From NCBI GenBank assembly GCA_026023565.1, contig JAPETS010000013.1, positions 620,001 to 684,000 on the forward strand: a stretch of 64,000 nt of DNA, written 5' to 3'. The notes beneath the pieces are model-generated. The model searched no databases. It was not told where the DNA came from and was given only the letters and a program-made list of their open reading frames with translations. This DNA is from Cirrosporium novae-zelandiae. Taxonomy: Eukaryota. Made by a program: the position numbers and the translations under genes. This document shows positions 11,313-23,432 of this stretch, piece by piece. Each line of letters opens with the position of its first letter. Positions within the stretch are counted from its first letter, which is position 1.

Positions 11313-13345
11313 TCACATGTTCCAATTTGTCCATTCATGCAGGGGTGGCACTGCAGGCATCTTATCCCCCATAAAACTCCCGTGTTCCTTGAAATGTTCA
11401 TATGCCATCTCTGTCCCGTCATCATAATTATCCTTTGGCAGCTCCGAGTCCTGATCATGCGAGTCGCTTCTTCCGTCCCTTATATCTCGTAGCCAAATAC
11501 CAACTTTCTCCCCCTTAACATTGACATAGTAGGCAATCTCGTCGGCTCCGCTGGATGTCTTCGTCTGCTTGCCAGAGGCTGTGGAAGCTTTTTCCCACTG
11601 GACGGGACAGCCTTTGAAGCGGACAATCCTATTCTGGGCATCAAATTCACGGACGGCCGTGAATGAAGGGGCAGCAGGGGTACTTAGGGTATTTGCAGCA
11701 GAGAAGGGGTTGGTGGATAATTGGATTGGAGCGCCAGCATTTGCTGAGGTCTGGGCCTGGGAAAAGGGCGACTGAGATTGCACTCCAAACCCCGAAATTG
11801 GTGCCGTTGATGGGATCGGCTGTTGTTGAGCAAAGGAATTGCCACCAAAGGCAGGTGCTGATTTATTCGCAGACGATGGGCCCGTGAAGGCAGATGGGGT
11901 CTGTTGGCCGAATCCTGAGCCTGTACCAAATCCACCGCTTGCTGGTTGTTGATTCCCCCCAAATCCAGAAGCCTGCCCGAAACCTGTTTGGCCAAAAGAA
12001 GGAGTCTTGTTTGCAAAAGCCGAGAAGCCTGTAGTGGGAGCTGCACCTAGAGCTGCACCTGCGCCTATACCTGCGCTTATACCTGTGCCTATACCTGGGG
12101 ACGAAGTTTGCCCAAAGGCCGAGCCCCCGGATTGTCCCAGACTTGAAGCCTGGCCAAATCCCACCTTGCCAAAACCAGAGAGACCTGTGCCTAAGCCAGA
12201 AGTTTGACCAAAGGCAGAACCACCTGTTGGCCCAAGACTCGCGGTTTGACCGAAAGCGGAATTCTGGCCAAGACCCCCAAACCCCGTCGCTCCAAAGGCC
12301 GGCTGTGCGGGTTTTGCTGTACCGAATCCAGTTTGCCCAAATCCTGGTCTGGATGGTTGACCAAATGTGCTACTGGGTTGCTGAGCAGGTGTAGATGTTT
12401 GGCCAAATGTACTGTTGGGTTGTTGCGCAGAGGCAGATGGTTGGCCAAAGGCACTGTTCGGCTGACTATTAAAAGCTGAAGGTACTGACTGAGCGGTGGG
12501 TGTTGGGGTACCTCCGGCGGCGCCACAGATGTCAAACCTGTTTGGGTGTTGGTCCTTCCCTGCGATAACATATTGTAAAGCACCTTGCAGATTATTTGCG
12601 GCCATTTGTATCTGAGTCTCAGCCTGGTTATAGAGCTGCTGGGCTTCATTAATAGCTTGCTGGGGATTCCCCGCTGCCACTGCAAGGTAATGTCGCACTC
12701 GCATCTCTTCCGGGCTCAGCTCTCTCTCCAGACCCCCGAAGAGTTGAATTGGAGGGTTCCGGCCAGGACCGTAAGCGGAAAGAATCCATTGCGGACGCTC
12801 ACTAGTGAGGTCTTTCTTGAGAGTTTCCTCGTTCAAAGAATATCTTCCACGCTGTTAATAGGTTTTCTATCCGTAAGGGAGGAAGAATTGCTCACGGCAG
12901 TGGTTGCTGGGCATTTTGAGGGCCTCCAAACGTGCCGAAAATTGTCATGTTAGTTCAGTATTGATAAAATAGGTTGGAATTGAGAGGATGTGTTCAAATA
13001 AAAGATAGTTAGGGTTCCAAGGGGACGCAAACGCGGAGCTGAACGCGGCGGTGGGATACAACGCTGCTGGATACTCGCAGAATGTATGGGAAATACCTAC
13101 CACTACGAGATTACTTGGCTACAGGAATAAACAGAAAACTCACCAGAAGTATTCTTCCTGCCAGTCCCGTCGTTTTGCGATTGATTGTTTTGACCTGCAG
13201 TACTTGGATGTTCGAAACGACATCGGTCTATTTGCATGCAGGTATCCTGTTATCAGCCTCTCTTGATTTTCACCGTGTCTTTTCAGTAAGCAGACTCACC
13301 TCCAAATTTACATTCACCGCGTTGCCAGTATTTGCAGACAACCAT
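11313..13345 (-). CDS. amo1: CCCH zinc-finger FG-repeat nucleoporin (Amo1/Nup42 type); three 5' introns
   Basis: MVVCKYWQRGECKFG|DRCRFEHP zinc finger; ERPQWILSAYGPG; ELSPEEMR; many FGQ/GFG repeats; C-terminal MPAVPP. Confidence 0.85.
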
Positions 13346-13809
13346 GACGGCGGAAAAATGTTGTCAACCTACGAGGATTTTTGCCCTTTGATTAAGAATT
13401 AAGATTAAACAGATGACTTCGAAAAAGCGGTGCATGAAGAAAAGGACAGGGCAGTAATGTTATACAGAGGGACAAAGACATGTAAATAATAGACAGATGA
13501 TGTTTGTTGTTAGCGACTGGTTCGTTTGAAACATCGCAAGTCCATTGTGCTTTCGAGTTGTCGTTGTTTTTAATTTGTGGGTGCCTCAGGCTTCAAATAC
13601 ACTAACACGTCAACGTAAACCTCGCGATTTAACGCGTTTGAACTACAGTATTGTTGCCAAGTCTACTACTTATTTCTCTACTATCCCACACCAAACTACC
13701 ATGAAAGAATTTTCTCATTAATATACCGTAACTAGAAAATGCTTCAACTATTATCAACCACATGAAAGTCAAATAAACAAATAAACAACCCGGGGTCATG
13801 ATCATGGCA

Positions 13810-15398
13810 CTATAGCTTCCAGTCCTTATTTACATAGGCGCAGGTACCCATATCCATCTCCTTTGCCGGAGCCGATGGTGAAATATCAAAGTCAAACATA
13901 TCCATCGGAAGTCCTAGAGTTGTACAGGCATTCGGAATCTACCAACATCAGTACATATTCCCACAAGGGCAAATTTAGTAAAGGACCTACATCAACAATT
14001 CCAGCAATGTGCCCTTGGACCGGTGCACAACTGAGCATGAGATATATCTGGTAATCCGAGTACCCAAATCTCTTCAGATACTCGATGCACCTGAGAATGG
14101 TTTGTCGGTAGGCCACCGTGGCATCCATGTAGTGCTGCTTGCCATGCTCATCGACACTGAAGCCCTCAAAATAAATGTACCTCCCGGGCCCGAATTGGGG
14201 TTCAACTGGCCCAGGTTGGTAGATTGGGGACTTCATGCCAAGCTGGGCCATGCCGCCCTTCATGACGGTGAATTTGAGCGTTATAATGCCAGCCATTTCA
14301 ATGGCACCGCAGAAGGAGATTTCCCCGTCGCCCTCTAGATACGATTCAGCGCTGTCATTAAGAGAATATTCGAATGACGACATAACCTACGCGAAAAATG
14401 AAGATCCCCGACACTGAATTTAGCACCCTTGACATGAACAGGGAGGTATACCTTGCTCCCCCTGCTCAAATTTTTTATATCGCAGTTACCTCCATGCTCG
14501 GGACGTCCCTTGATGGCATTAGTCTCTAAGAGGCTTGTTCGATGACTACCTAGGTACTTACAGGAATTGTCCGCGCACCTTCTTTCCCAACCCTGGTTTT
14601 AATGTCATTCGGAGCACTCCCAGCGTGGACATTAGTTTCATTTGGGGGCTGTGCCACAATGCGATCCAGGTCGGTCGTCGAGATCAGCTCGCCTTCTCTT
14701 CTGTTCCATTCCGCGAGAATCTCGGCGGAGGGTGCACATCCTAGGATACCGGGGTGGATGAGACCGGCAAAGCGGACGTGGGGGATATGGCGAGAAGAGC
14801 AGAAAATGCCCTCGAAATCCCAGATGGCCTTTGCGCTAAATATAAGATACTATATAAGCCAGTTCTTATTCTAAATCCCGTATAACAAAGGTGCTTACGC
14901 TTCAGGATAAATCTCATCCAAAAAGCCACCTCCATTGTCCCTATGGAATACCCCAGTAAAACCCCACGGCTGATCCTCAAAGGGTTGGACATCTTGAATT
15001 TCCACAAGCAAGACATCTCCAGGTTCTGCGGTCTCGATCTCAAAGGGGCCAGATAAATAATGGATCTTGGTCAGGTCGACGTTCCTCACATCGGCAGCGC
15101 TATCGTCGTTTTTGATCTGGCCGCCAGTCCAATCCAGGCATTCGATTTTGACGACTTCGCCGTTCTTTATGGTGCCATTGAAGGGGACTAACGAAATTTA
15201 TGAGCGCCAGTGGAGAGTTGGGGGCCACCAGGTCTTACTGTCGGGGTGCCATCTATTCTATGGAAATAGTCAAGCGTCAACTATATGAAAAAAAGGATAA
15301 GGAAAACAAGGTATAAAACATACATGGAGCTGCGGTTGCTCGGCAGCAGGCTTATCGAGATCCACCTTGCAGGCAGTGCGAATTCCTTTCATACCCAT
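13810..15398 (-). CDS. fmdS: Formamidase (FmdA/AmdA family), about 6 introns
   Basis: Spliced motifs LHNRWHPD, ECLDWTGGQI, HYLSGP, HGGNCDIKNL, GDLHFSQGDGEISFCGAIEM, GIVDIPNAC. Confidence 0.93.
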
Positions 15399-15644
15399 GA
15401 TGGCAAGGTAGACTTGGTCAGGAAAGAATGGTGTTCAGAGACAAAGAATGGCCGTTGCGTACGTCTAGGTCGTTGGAGCTATCAAAGAAGCTGAACGACA
15501 TATCACATCTCAGGCGGGGGCCGAGGATATATGGGAGAGCCCCGCAGCAAATATACGAACGTTCAATTAGAGCCTGCATAATGAAGAGGATGATTTGCGT
15601 AGGTACTTTCGAAAGTAGAGGGTCGGTAGAAATGTAGCTCTCGA

Positions 15645-15701
15645 TGATAAGCTCCGCAAAGCCTTATCAGTTGCAAGACCAGCTTGGTCGCTAGCTGATA
15701 A
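15645..15701. promoter_or_regulatory. Cluster of three TGATAA (AreA/Nit2-type GATA) sites upstream of formamidase
   Basis: TGATAA 15645, TTATCA 15664, TGATAA 15696, about 250-300 bp upstream of the ATG; A. nidulans fmdS is AreA-regulated. Confidence 0.55.
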
Positions 15702-16252
15702 CGGGGGAAGCTACTAGCGCTTACTTTTTCGGCCATCACTGACGTCTGGTTTCCAACGGCTGTCAGTCAGGTCTAGACCTGCCGGTAGTTTGCCAGAGTG
15801 CAAACGAGCTCGATGTCTTAATCTTCAAAATATACTTTGTCACTGCTCGGGATATCATTCACTTGATAGTTTTTACTTTATTATAGTCTATTTAAATAAG
15901 GATGTCAATCTGTGCTAAGTAGCGTTGCTAATTGTGCTAATAAGAGCCCAAGGTATCAAGATAAGACCTTTAGCCTTTTAGCCCTCGATTAAGTTTTACT
16001 TAACAAGGACAACGCAATAATTACACCGGTACTATTTTGAGATTTTGGGACATCAAAAGGCTGGAACCAGATGTTGATTAGATTTAGAGATCAAAGTGTT
16101 ACTTCTGTTGGATCTGGCTATCCACCATAACCAAAAAAAGTCTATATAATATCTATGTACACATGAATTCATCCAATCGTCACTCTCTCAATTAACAAGG
16201 CGTAGAGTATCGTGTTCGATAATTGGCGATGGATATAGCACCCCCAGGATCC

Positions 16253-18158
16253 TCAAACATCATCAGCTTTGGGTTCCGAGGTAGGCTCGACGTGGGTTTC
16301 GACGACCTCGCCTTGTGGATCTGGTGCAAACACTTTCCTGAGTCGAAGATGTCCGATATCGCTCATGGTCTGCCCAACGCTGGCGAGATTCTCCCGGACA
16401 AGCTGTCCAGTTGGTTTCGAGAATATAAGGTCAATTTCTTCTAAGGTCTTGTTCTTGGTTTCTGGCATGAAAAGAAGCTGGTAGAACCATCCAAGCACGG
16501 CAATTCCACCATAGAAACCGAGTGTCAACCCTGTCTTGGTCATGGCGGTCTGCATTCTCGTGAAGTTGTACGTCACCAAGAAGGAGCAGAGGAAGAGGAG
16601 CGCATCAGAAGTCGTCATACCATAACTACGGAGGTAGGTTGGGTAGACTTCAGAGGGGATGACCCACGTAAGGCAGGAATAGGATCCGAAGAAGAGCGTG
16701 TACAGAATCAGTCCAGTCAAGTAGAGACCTTCAACCGCTGGCAAGTTAGATTGTGGGACCAAGTAGCTGACGCCGGAGAGGACCAATCCGACAAAGAAGC
16801 ATGGTAACATAGCATTAGCCCAGAATCTGCAGAGAACTGTTAATTATCATAGTTAAACTAATGATCTGGAACCAAAGGATCTTACCTGCGACCAAAACGT
16901 TCCATGTATAAAATAGCAGGGATGGTACCGAGCATGAGCGCACCACCACCAACAAGGGACATGAATACGGAATTTTCATCACTGAAACCAATTTGAGACA
17001 TCAACGTGGACATATAATCTGGAAAATCTGTTAGCTTAGATTCGAGACAAATTGCGAAGCAAAAGCTATCAATAGGCCTCCCTTGCTGGGAATGGGTGAT
17101 TTCTTACACATAATTGCATTAATACCAGTGAATTGACCAAGGAATATCATCATGTTGGCATAGATAAGTGCACGACGGGCTCGAGGAACGGTGAAGAAAT
17201 CCAACCACGCATGTGCACCCTTGCGAGAAGTTTCGTCCTGGGCTTCTGTCTCTGCGGCATACTTCATGACGAAAAACTCTTTCCTAGCTTCGGGCTCATT
17301 GATGTCACGAATACGCTTCCACACTTCATAAGCTTCTACTGGCCTGCCTTTGTGCATGAGATATCGAGGGCTTTCTGGCATAAAGATCATACCAATCATC
17401 ATGATGGTGGAGAAGACCAAGGAAGAGCCAAGCATGTATCGCCAATTACCTTCAACGTGGACAAAGATGGCAGCAACCACATAACCGAAGACTTCACCGA
17501 GAGCGATATTGAATTGGTAGAGCGAAACCAGGTTGCCTCGGTATTTTCTTGCGACACTTTCAGCGACGTAAACTGGGACTGTTCCTCCTTCCAGGCCTAC
17601 ACCAACACCCAAGATAAGACGTCCAGCAAGCATCATACCGTAGCTGGTAGCACCAGCCTCCAATGCCGCGCCGATGGTGTAGAAGACACATGATATCAGG
17701 ATAGCTTTGCGGCGACCGAAGATTTCATTCATGGGACTAAGCAAGAGAGCACCAGCAACAGCGCCCAGGGGCATTGAAGAATCAACCAAGCTGCTTTCTC
17801 CGCTATCCAGGTGAAGTGACTTTGGCATATATAAATTGGCTCCGCTGATTAAAGATTGATCGATACCGGAGAGGAAACCACCCATGGAAGCGAAGGCGGT
17901 TAACAGGTATGTGAAATATATGGGGTTCTTGAAGGAGATGGCGAATTTGGACAGGGGCGGCAATTCCTTGAGCTGTTCTTCCATCTGGGCGATCTCTGCA
18001 TCCAACTGCCAGCCATTGGATTCGGCGATTTGCATGGCAGCCTCTTCGCCATTGATGCCGGCGAGCTTCTTGAGTACATGAACCTCCTCATGTTCCACAG
18101 ATTGCTTCCGATGGGAGTCCTCGGTGTGACCCACCGGGGTGGTTTTTGAATCGGCCAT
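16253..18158 (-). CDS. MFS sugar porter, Frt1/Fsy1-like fructose:H+ symporter; 2 introns
   Basis: GIDQSLISGA, FGRRKAI, PVYVAE, PESPRYL, QFTGINAIM, PSEVYPTYLRS, PETKNKTLEEID; subfamily from memory. Confidence 0.85.
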
Positions 18159-21100
18159 TCTCACAGAACGATAAGGTGAAAGAAGAGAACTGGGAGAATG
18201 AATCGAGTAATAAGCTAGATGAACCGAAGATTAAAGGGATCTAGATGGGACAACGAGATTCGAGAATCTGAGGCATTCCAGTCAACCGGAGCTGGAGGGG
18301 GAGATGCAGGGGGTATTTATATGGGGGATGATATGGAGAACGGAGATGAGAGGGGGGAAAGAGATGGGAAGAGATGGGAGGAGATGCGGGCAAAGAATGT
18401 GGAGAGGTTGCATCGCATCCACAGTTGATCAACAGGGATCAACAGACAGCATGTGAGGAAGTAAAGAAGTGGTAAGGATCAAGGTCCATAGCCCATGGGA
18501 TACCAACTGGATACCAGTTTGTCAAGTTTGTCCAGTGGAACGGAGCGCAGCGTTTCATGTCAATACACGCGCAGTACAGTTACAGATGTACTGACTGTAC
18601 TGGATACATACAGTACATACATACATTTGGTACTTCCAAGGCTTCCAAGGAACTCACATTTACAAGATCCATTCGCATGGACTCCATGGGGTGGAAGAGA
18701 GGTAAAAAAAAAGGGTCCCCACTACTGTATATCCATAATATCCACCATTATGGGTAATACACTAAATAATTGAGGTGGTTGAGGTTGGTTGAAAGGTCGA
18801 GATTGATTACATATTTTTACTCTGTATAGGTTAGACCTTCCCAGAGACGGCAAAGGGCAGCAAAGGCAGCCAGTTAGACTTCCAGATGGCCCCTCCAAAA
18901 CAAAGCAAAAAAAGCGGCTCTTTTCTTTTTTGATAGTTATTTGGAGTTGATACCAAGCCTCGGGGAACCATAGTTGGTTAACTATCTGGGTAGATTAAAC
19001 AGATTAAGCACTCATGGGTTCCTAATGGTCCCTAATGGTCCCTCATCCTACAATTAAGCAACGGGCCAACCTCGGTGGCACATCCGCGCCAACATTGACC
19101 TTCTCAACCGCCTCGATCCAAATGGATCCAAACTCCATCCAAAATCAAAGGCAATAGCCGACTTATTTCGATAACCGAAATTCTTTGACAGTCATCTGCC
19201 CTACGCTCATGCAAACGACATGCAAACGCCTTAGTGATAAAATACTAACCTCGAATCCAGTAACTGGGATACCCTTTCCTGTATTGATGAACCTGATGTC
19301 AGCTTCATGGCTGGACAAGAACAAAGTAATCGAGATAGCCATTCCCTACTTCATCGCTTCATCAGGGTCTAGCTAATAATGTCCAACGGTTCACAAACTA
19401 ACTTTTCTCTTTCTTTTCTCTTTTTTTTTCACCCGAAATTTCCACCGAGATATTAATATCCAATTCCAAGCTTCTAGAAGCATGGCTGGTCTGATGTTTT
19501 TTATTTTGTTTTGTGTTTTTTTTTTCATATTCTTCTCTGTACTAGACTGTTAGTCAGCTCGGTAGCTACCGAGTTAGTTGTTTGAGGCAGACGGAATGCC
19601 TGATTGGGGTACCCGTAGAGTGAGGAGGATTATGTTAAATATTGGCTATGGCGAACGGCGATGACCTAGAAGTTGGAGCCGAATTAAAGCCGTTGGATCA
19701 AAGATTCGTCGTCAAACTGAGCTGGGGCCCCAAAATGGGGGCTCCAAAATTCCTCCAGTCCCTCCCACCCAGTCCATAAACTCTATTCGGTAAATACGGA
19801 GATTTGTGGGCTAGTTCTGGTTCTAGCCAATTCAACTAAATTCCCTAAATTCCAAGGCCGTATCATATCATTAGCATTTCCTGAACACAACTCCACTTCC
19901 ATGACTGTTCCAATGTTCACTGTCAAAAAAAAACCCATCCAGCCATCCCATGTCCACCTGACCTGCCAACCCATCCACCTTTGACATTCGTCCCTGACTT
20001 GCACCGAAACAACTGCATTCTAGAAGTCTTCTAGTCACCATTCATGGTTCGCCAATATCTGGTGCTCGAGTATACTGGATGGTGGGTGGTACTCGAGTAC
20101 AGTAGTCAATACAGTAGCTTCCCTTTCCGTCTACCGCCGTTTGCGATTAGTTCTATACACCACCAAAGCAATACCCCTGCACTGGTGTCGTGGCGTTGGC
20201 TTGGTAATGACGAAAAGTCTTCTTGAGAGTATAACTTTCAGTCTTCGTCCGCTGTCCAAGCCTTGTCGTCAATTATCCACCAGAGTAAGGTTGATGCCGA
20301 CGCCGTCCCTCGCCCGTTCTTTGCAAGCTTTCCAAATGTCTGCAACATACAGAAAAACTTGAGTAGCGTTGCAACCATAATGATAAGCCCAAAAGGCTTC
20401 AAACAACGACTACGTAATATGACCTAAAATCAAAAGAAGAACGCACATACTTCCTCTCTCCTTTGCCATTGACACTGGAGTCACGCCTTCACATACACAA
20501 TAAACATACGATTACCCTCAAGCTTCAAGATAGACATGATTCCTTCTTGCCGTTATTAGCTCATGTAGGCCTTTTTGCCTTGTCAAAGATGTTGTAGACT
20601 AGCAGCGCGATTTACCAGGCGTCGCCCACAATATCTCCGCTCGCCTGACAAAACTCACCCCTCAAAAGCATCTGACTGGGAGAATTCCATCAGTGGAGTC
20701 CCCAGAGCCATTTCCCCGTCTGTAATTGCTGGAGACATTGATTAACATAACCTAGTTCTCGCTGTTACCACTCACCAACATCTTGTTGAATATCCATCCC
20801 CCCGCAAGCTTCCAGGCCATGTCATTAGTGACTCGACAATTGAGTACCCTCTATCTTCGTTAGTTCCAATTATTATTGATCCATGGAAAATTTATCCTTC
20901 TAGGAATCTTCCAACAGGCCATCACTTGTTCCATGCATGTCAATGGTTCCACGTTCCACCATCACAGAGGCTGTGAACTGATGATCGACGAGCCTTATTT
21001 TCAAGTATCCGTTCAGTTGAGTGTAACCTTAATCACTCGATGAGGTTTGCAAGAAAATAAGCTGCCGCTTGTTCTAATTGTTACTGACTTTCCCAGGTGA

Positions 21101-21454
21101 TTCAAGACTATACGCTCAAGGCTAAAACCAAAAGCAACAGTAGGCTCGCTCTTTATACGAAAATACATCAGTCACCATTTTACCTGAGGGTCTCTGCAAA
21201 TTTGATGAACAAAACGGGGCTTCGTTAAAAAACAGATTTAAATCATAGCTCGGTCTTGTTGAAGGTCTCTCAACGTGCATTGGTGGATTTTGTTGGTTTT
21301 GAGATCTGAACTGTGTAAGATATATACTGTCGCGTCATTTTTAGTTCCACCCTTGGTCCTTCAACTTTATTGGTTTGACATGCCGCATGTGGTTTGTTTC
21401 CTTCAGACTATCTCAAAATGACGCTCTAGGACATATCACCATTCACTCTGTGCA

Positions 21455-22786
21455 TCAAGAAAATTTCTTGTCGGGCAGTTCTCGAGTATATGGAGGGGGC
21501 TCATCCGACGGTTTCGAAATGTTCATATTCTGCGAATCCAACTCTGCTATGGGGAGTTTCAAAAACTCGTGTTTATTCTTCCATTCAACCTGGCTCTCTT
21601 TGAACTGGTCTACTTCCGCTGGAGGTGGAGGAGGGTCTGTAATTTTCGTGACAAGGTAAGCCGTCGAAGCTTCTGCAATCCCATATATGAGAACACCAAG
21701 CAATGGAATCTTGACAAGCACGTAAAACCCAACACCAAAGCCAAACAAGACACCTTCTCGATCACGGAACCATCGCCGTTTCTGCACCTGGTTAAAGCGT
21801 ATCCGTGCAAAATATGGCTCAAGCTGATAGAAGTTTGTTATGTTAGTTGAGTGTTGGCTAAACATACACAGGGAACACTTACCAACTCTCGCATGAGGCT
21901 TCTTGACGCAAAATAACTTTGTAGAAACCGGACGAGGTACCGCCTCGGCAAGAAAAGACCAGTTCCAAAGATTGCAACCGCTGGAGAGTCCCCGACGGCG
22001 CTTCTGAAAGTATAGAAACTTGCTGCTGGGAGAACAAAGCGACCCACTACAGGAACGAAAGATAAGAGATACACTGCCAGGGAGATGCCAGCTCTCTTTG
22101 CAAATCGATATAAAAATACCTTTGATGATGCCATTACCAACTCCATGGGTGATTTGTGGTCTTTTGAAGGCGGTGCATGTGTTGGATACATCTTCAAGTT
22201 GTCATAGTACTTAGCACGTAGAGTGTTAGAGTCTTCAGACTCGTGCTTTTGATAATAGGTGCGATCAACCCATGCCAAAGAGTCCATGAACCTATCCATC
22301 TTTAGTAAAGACATTATCAAGAATAGGGCCGCACCTACATTTGATCTAGGGTAGGCGTGACATATCGCATCAGAGTCATCAAGAAAAAAGGGACCTGTAA
22401 GACCTGATATGCAATGAAATCCAATCCATTGAGGATATTGTCATCCCAGGTTGCATCCTCTAGGCTAAGGACTAGGCCTATAATTTTTAGGATTACTTTC
22501 ACACAGCCGAGCTGAGAAACGTTAGGCAGCTGTTATATTCTGATGATTAAATCTTAGAGGGCAATACCGGGATAGCGATGATCAATCTGATGGCAATCCC
22601 AACGCATACTGCAATAGCCGCTTGTCTGTAGTGCTGGGAGGTAAATAAATCAGGGTTCTGAAGGGCCCTAAAAGCTTCTCTAGGTTAGTTATAGTTCAAG
22701 GAAATCTGGAGGAATTTCATCGTCTTACCTCCAACCAATGTGAGCTGTGCTCCACGGAGCATGGCATTATGGTCGAAATTGGCCAT
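21455..22786 (-). CDS. usgS: Transmembrane protein UsgS; about 4 introns
   Basis: MANFDHNAMLRGAQLTLVG|AFRALQNPDLF, FMDSLAWVD, VGRFVLPAASFYTF, WFRDREGVLFGF, AEASTAYLVTKITDPPP. Confidence 0.82.
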
Positions 22787-23432
22787 TATTTGCTTCTTAG
22801 TTCTCCCCAGAACAGACCTCACAGAAAAGAAATGGAGAAAAGGTAGAAAAGGTATAAATGATATAAGAAGGAGTACAGAGTACTCTGCACTCTGTGCTTT
22901 TTGCTAAAGTAGAGTGGGGAGGATGGAATTCCGACGAAGAGACAGACAGGGTACGTGGGTACTGAATGATGTGGACATGCGGCAAAATTACGTAGGCGGT
23001 AAGAGAGAGGAAAGATTTCGACAATACCTGTCCATTGTGAATAATAACTGGAAGATGGTTGGATATTCCTGTACAGAAATATCTTTCATGGTTATACTCT
23101 GTATTATGATATTATTTTTTGGTAGTTCTTGTGGGCATAGATGATTCTCTTGTCAGACTATCGATTGACCCCAAATTCTAACACTCATTTTGTCTCAGAG
23201 GGGACAGCGCTAATAATTGGATCACCCCTCGACTACTTGAACTCGGCGCTTGACGCGCATTAATGAGTTCAGAACTACCAGCCACCAGTGTGAACAATAA
23301 CATACACAGTAAACAAAACAACCAAGCGCTTTTCGCTGCTTTGCAGCTACATGCTCCAGCAACTTTTCCCAGATAATTCATGTGTAGAAGTACATCAATA
23401 TATCCTTGCATCTTCGAAATGCCATCGCTATC

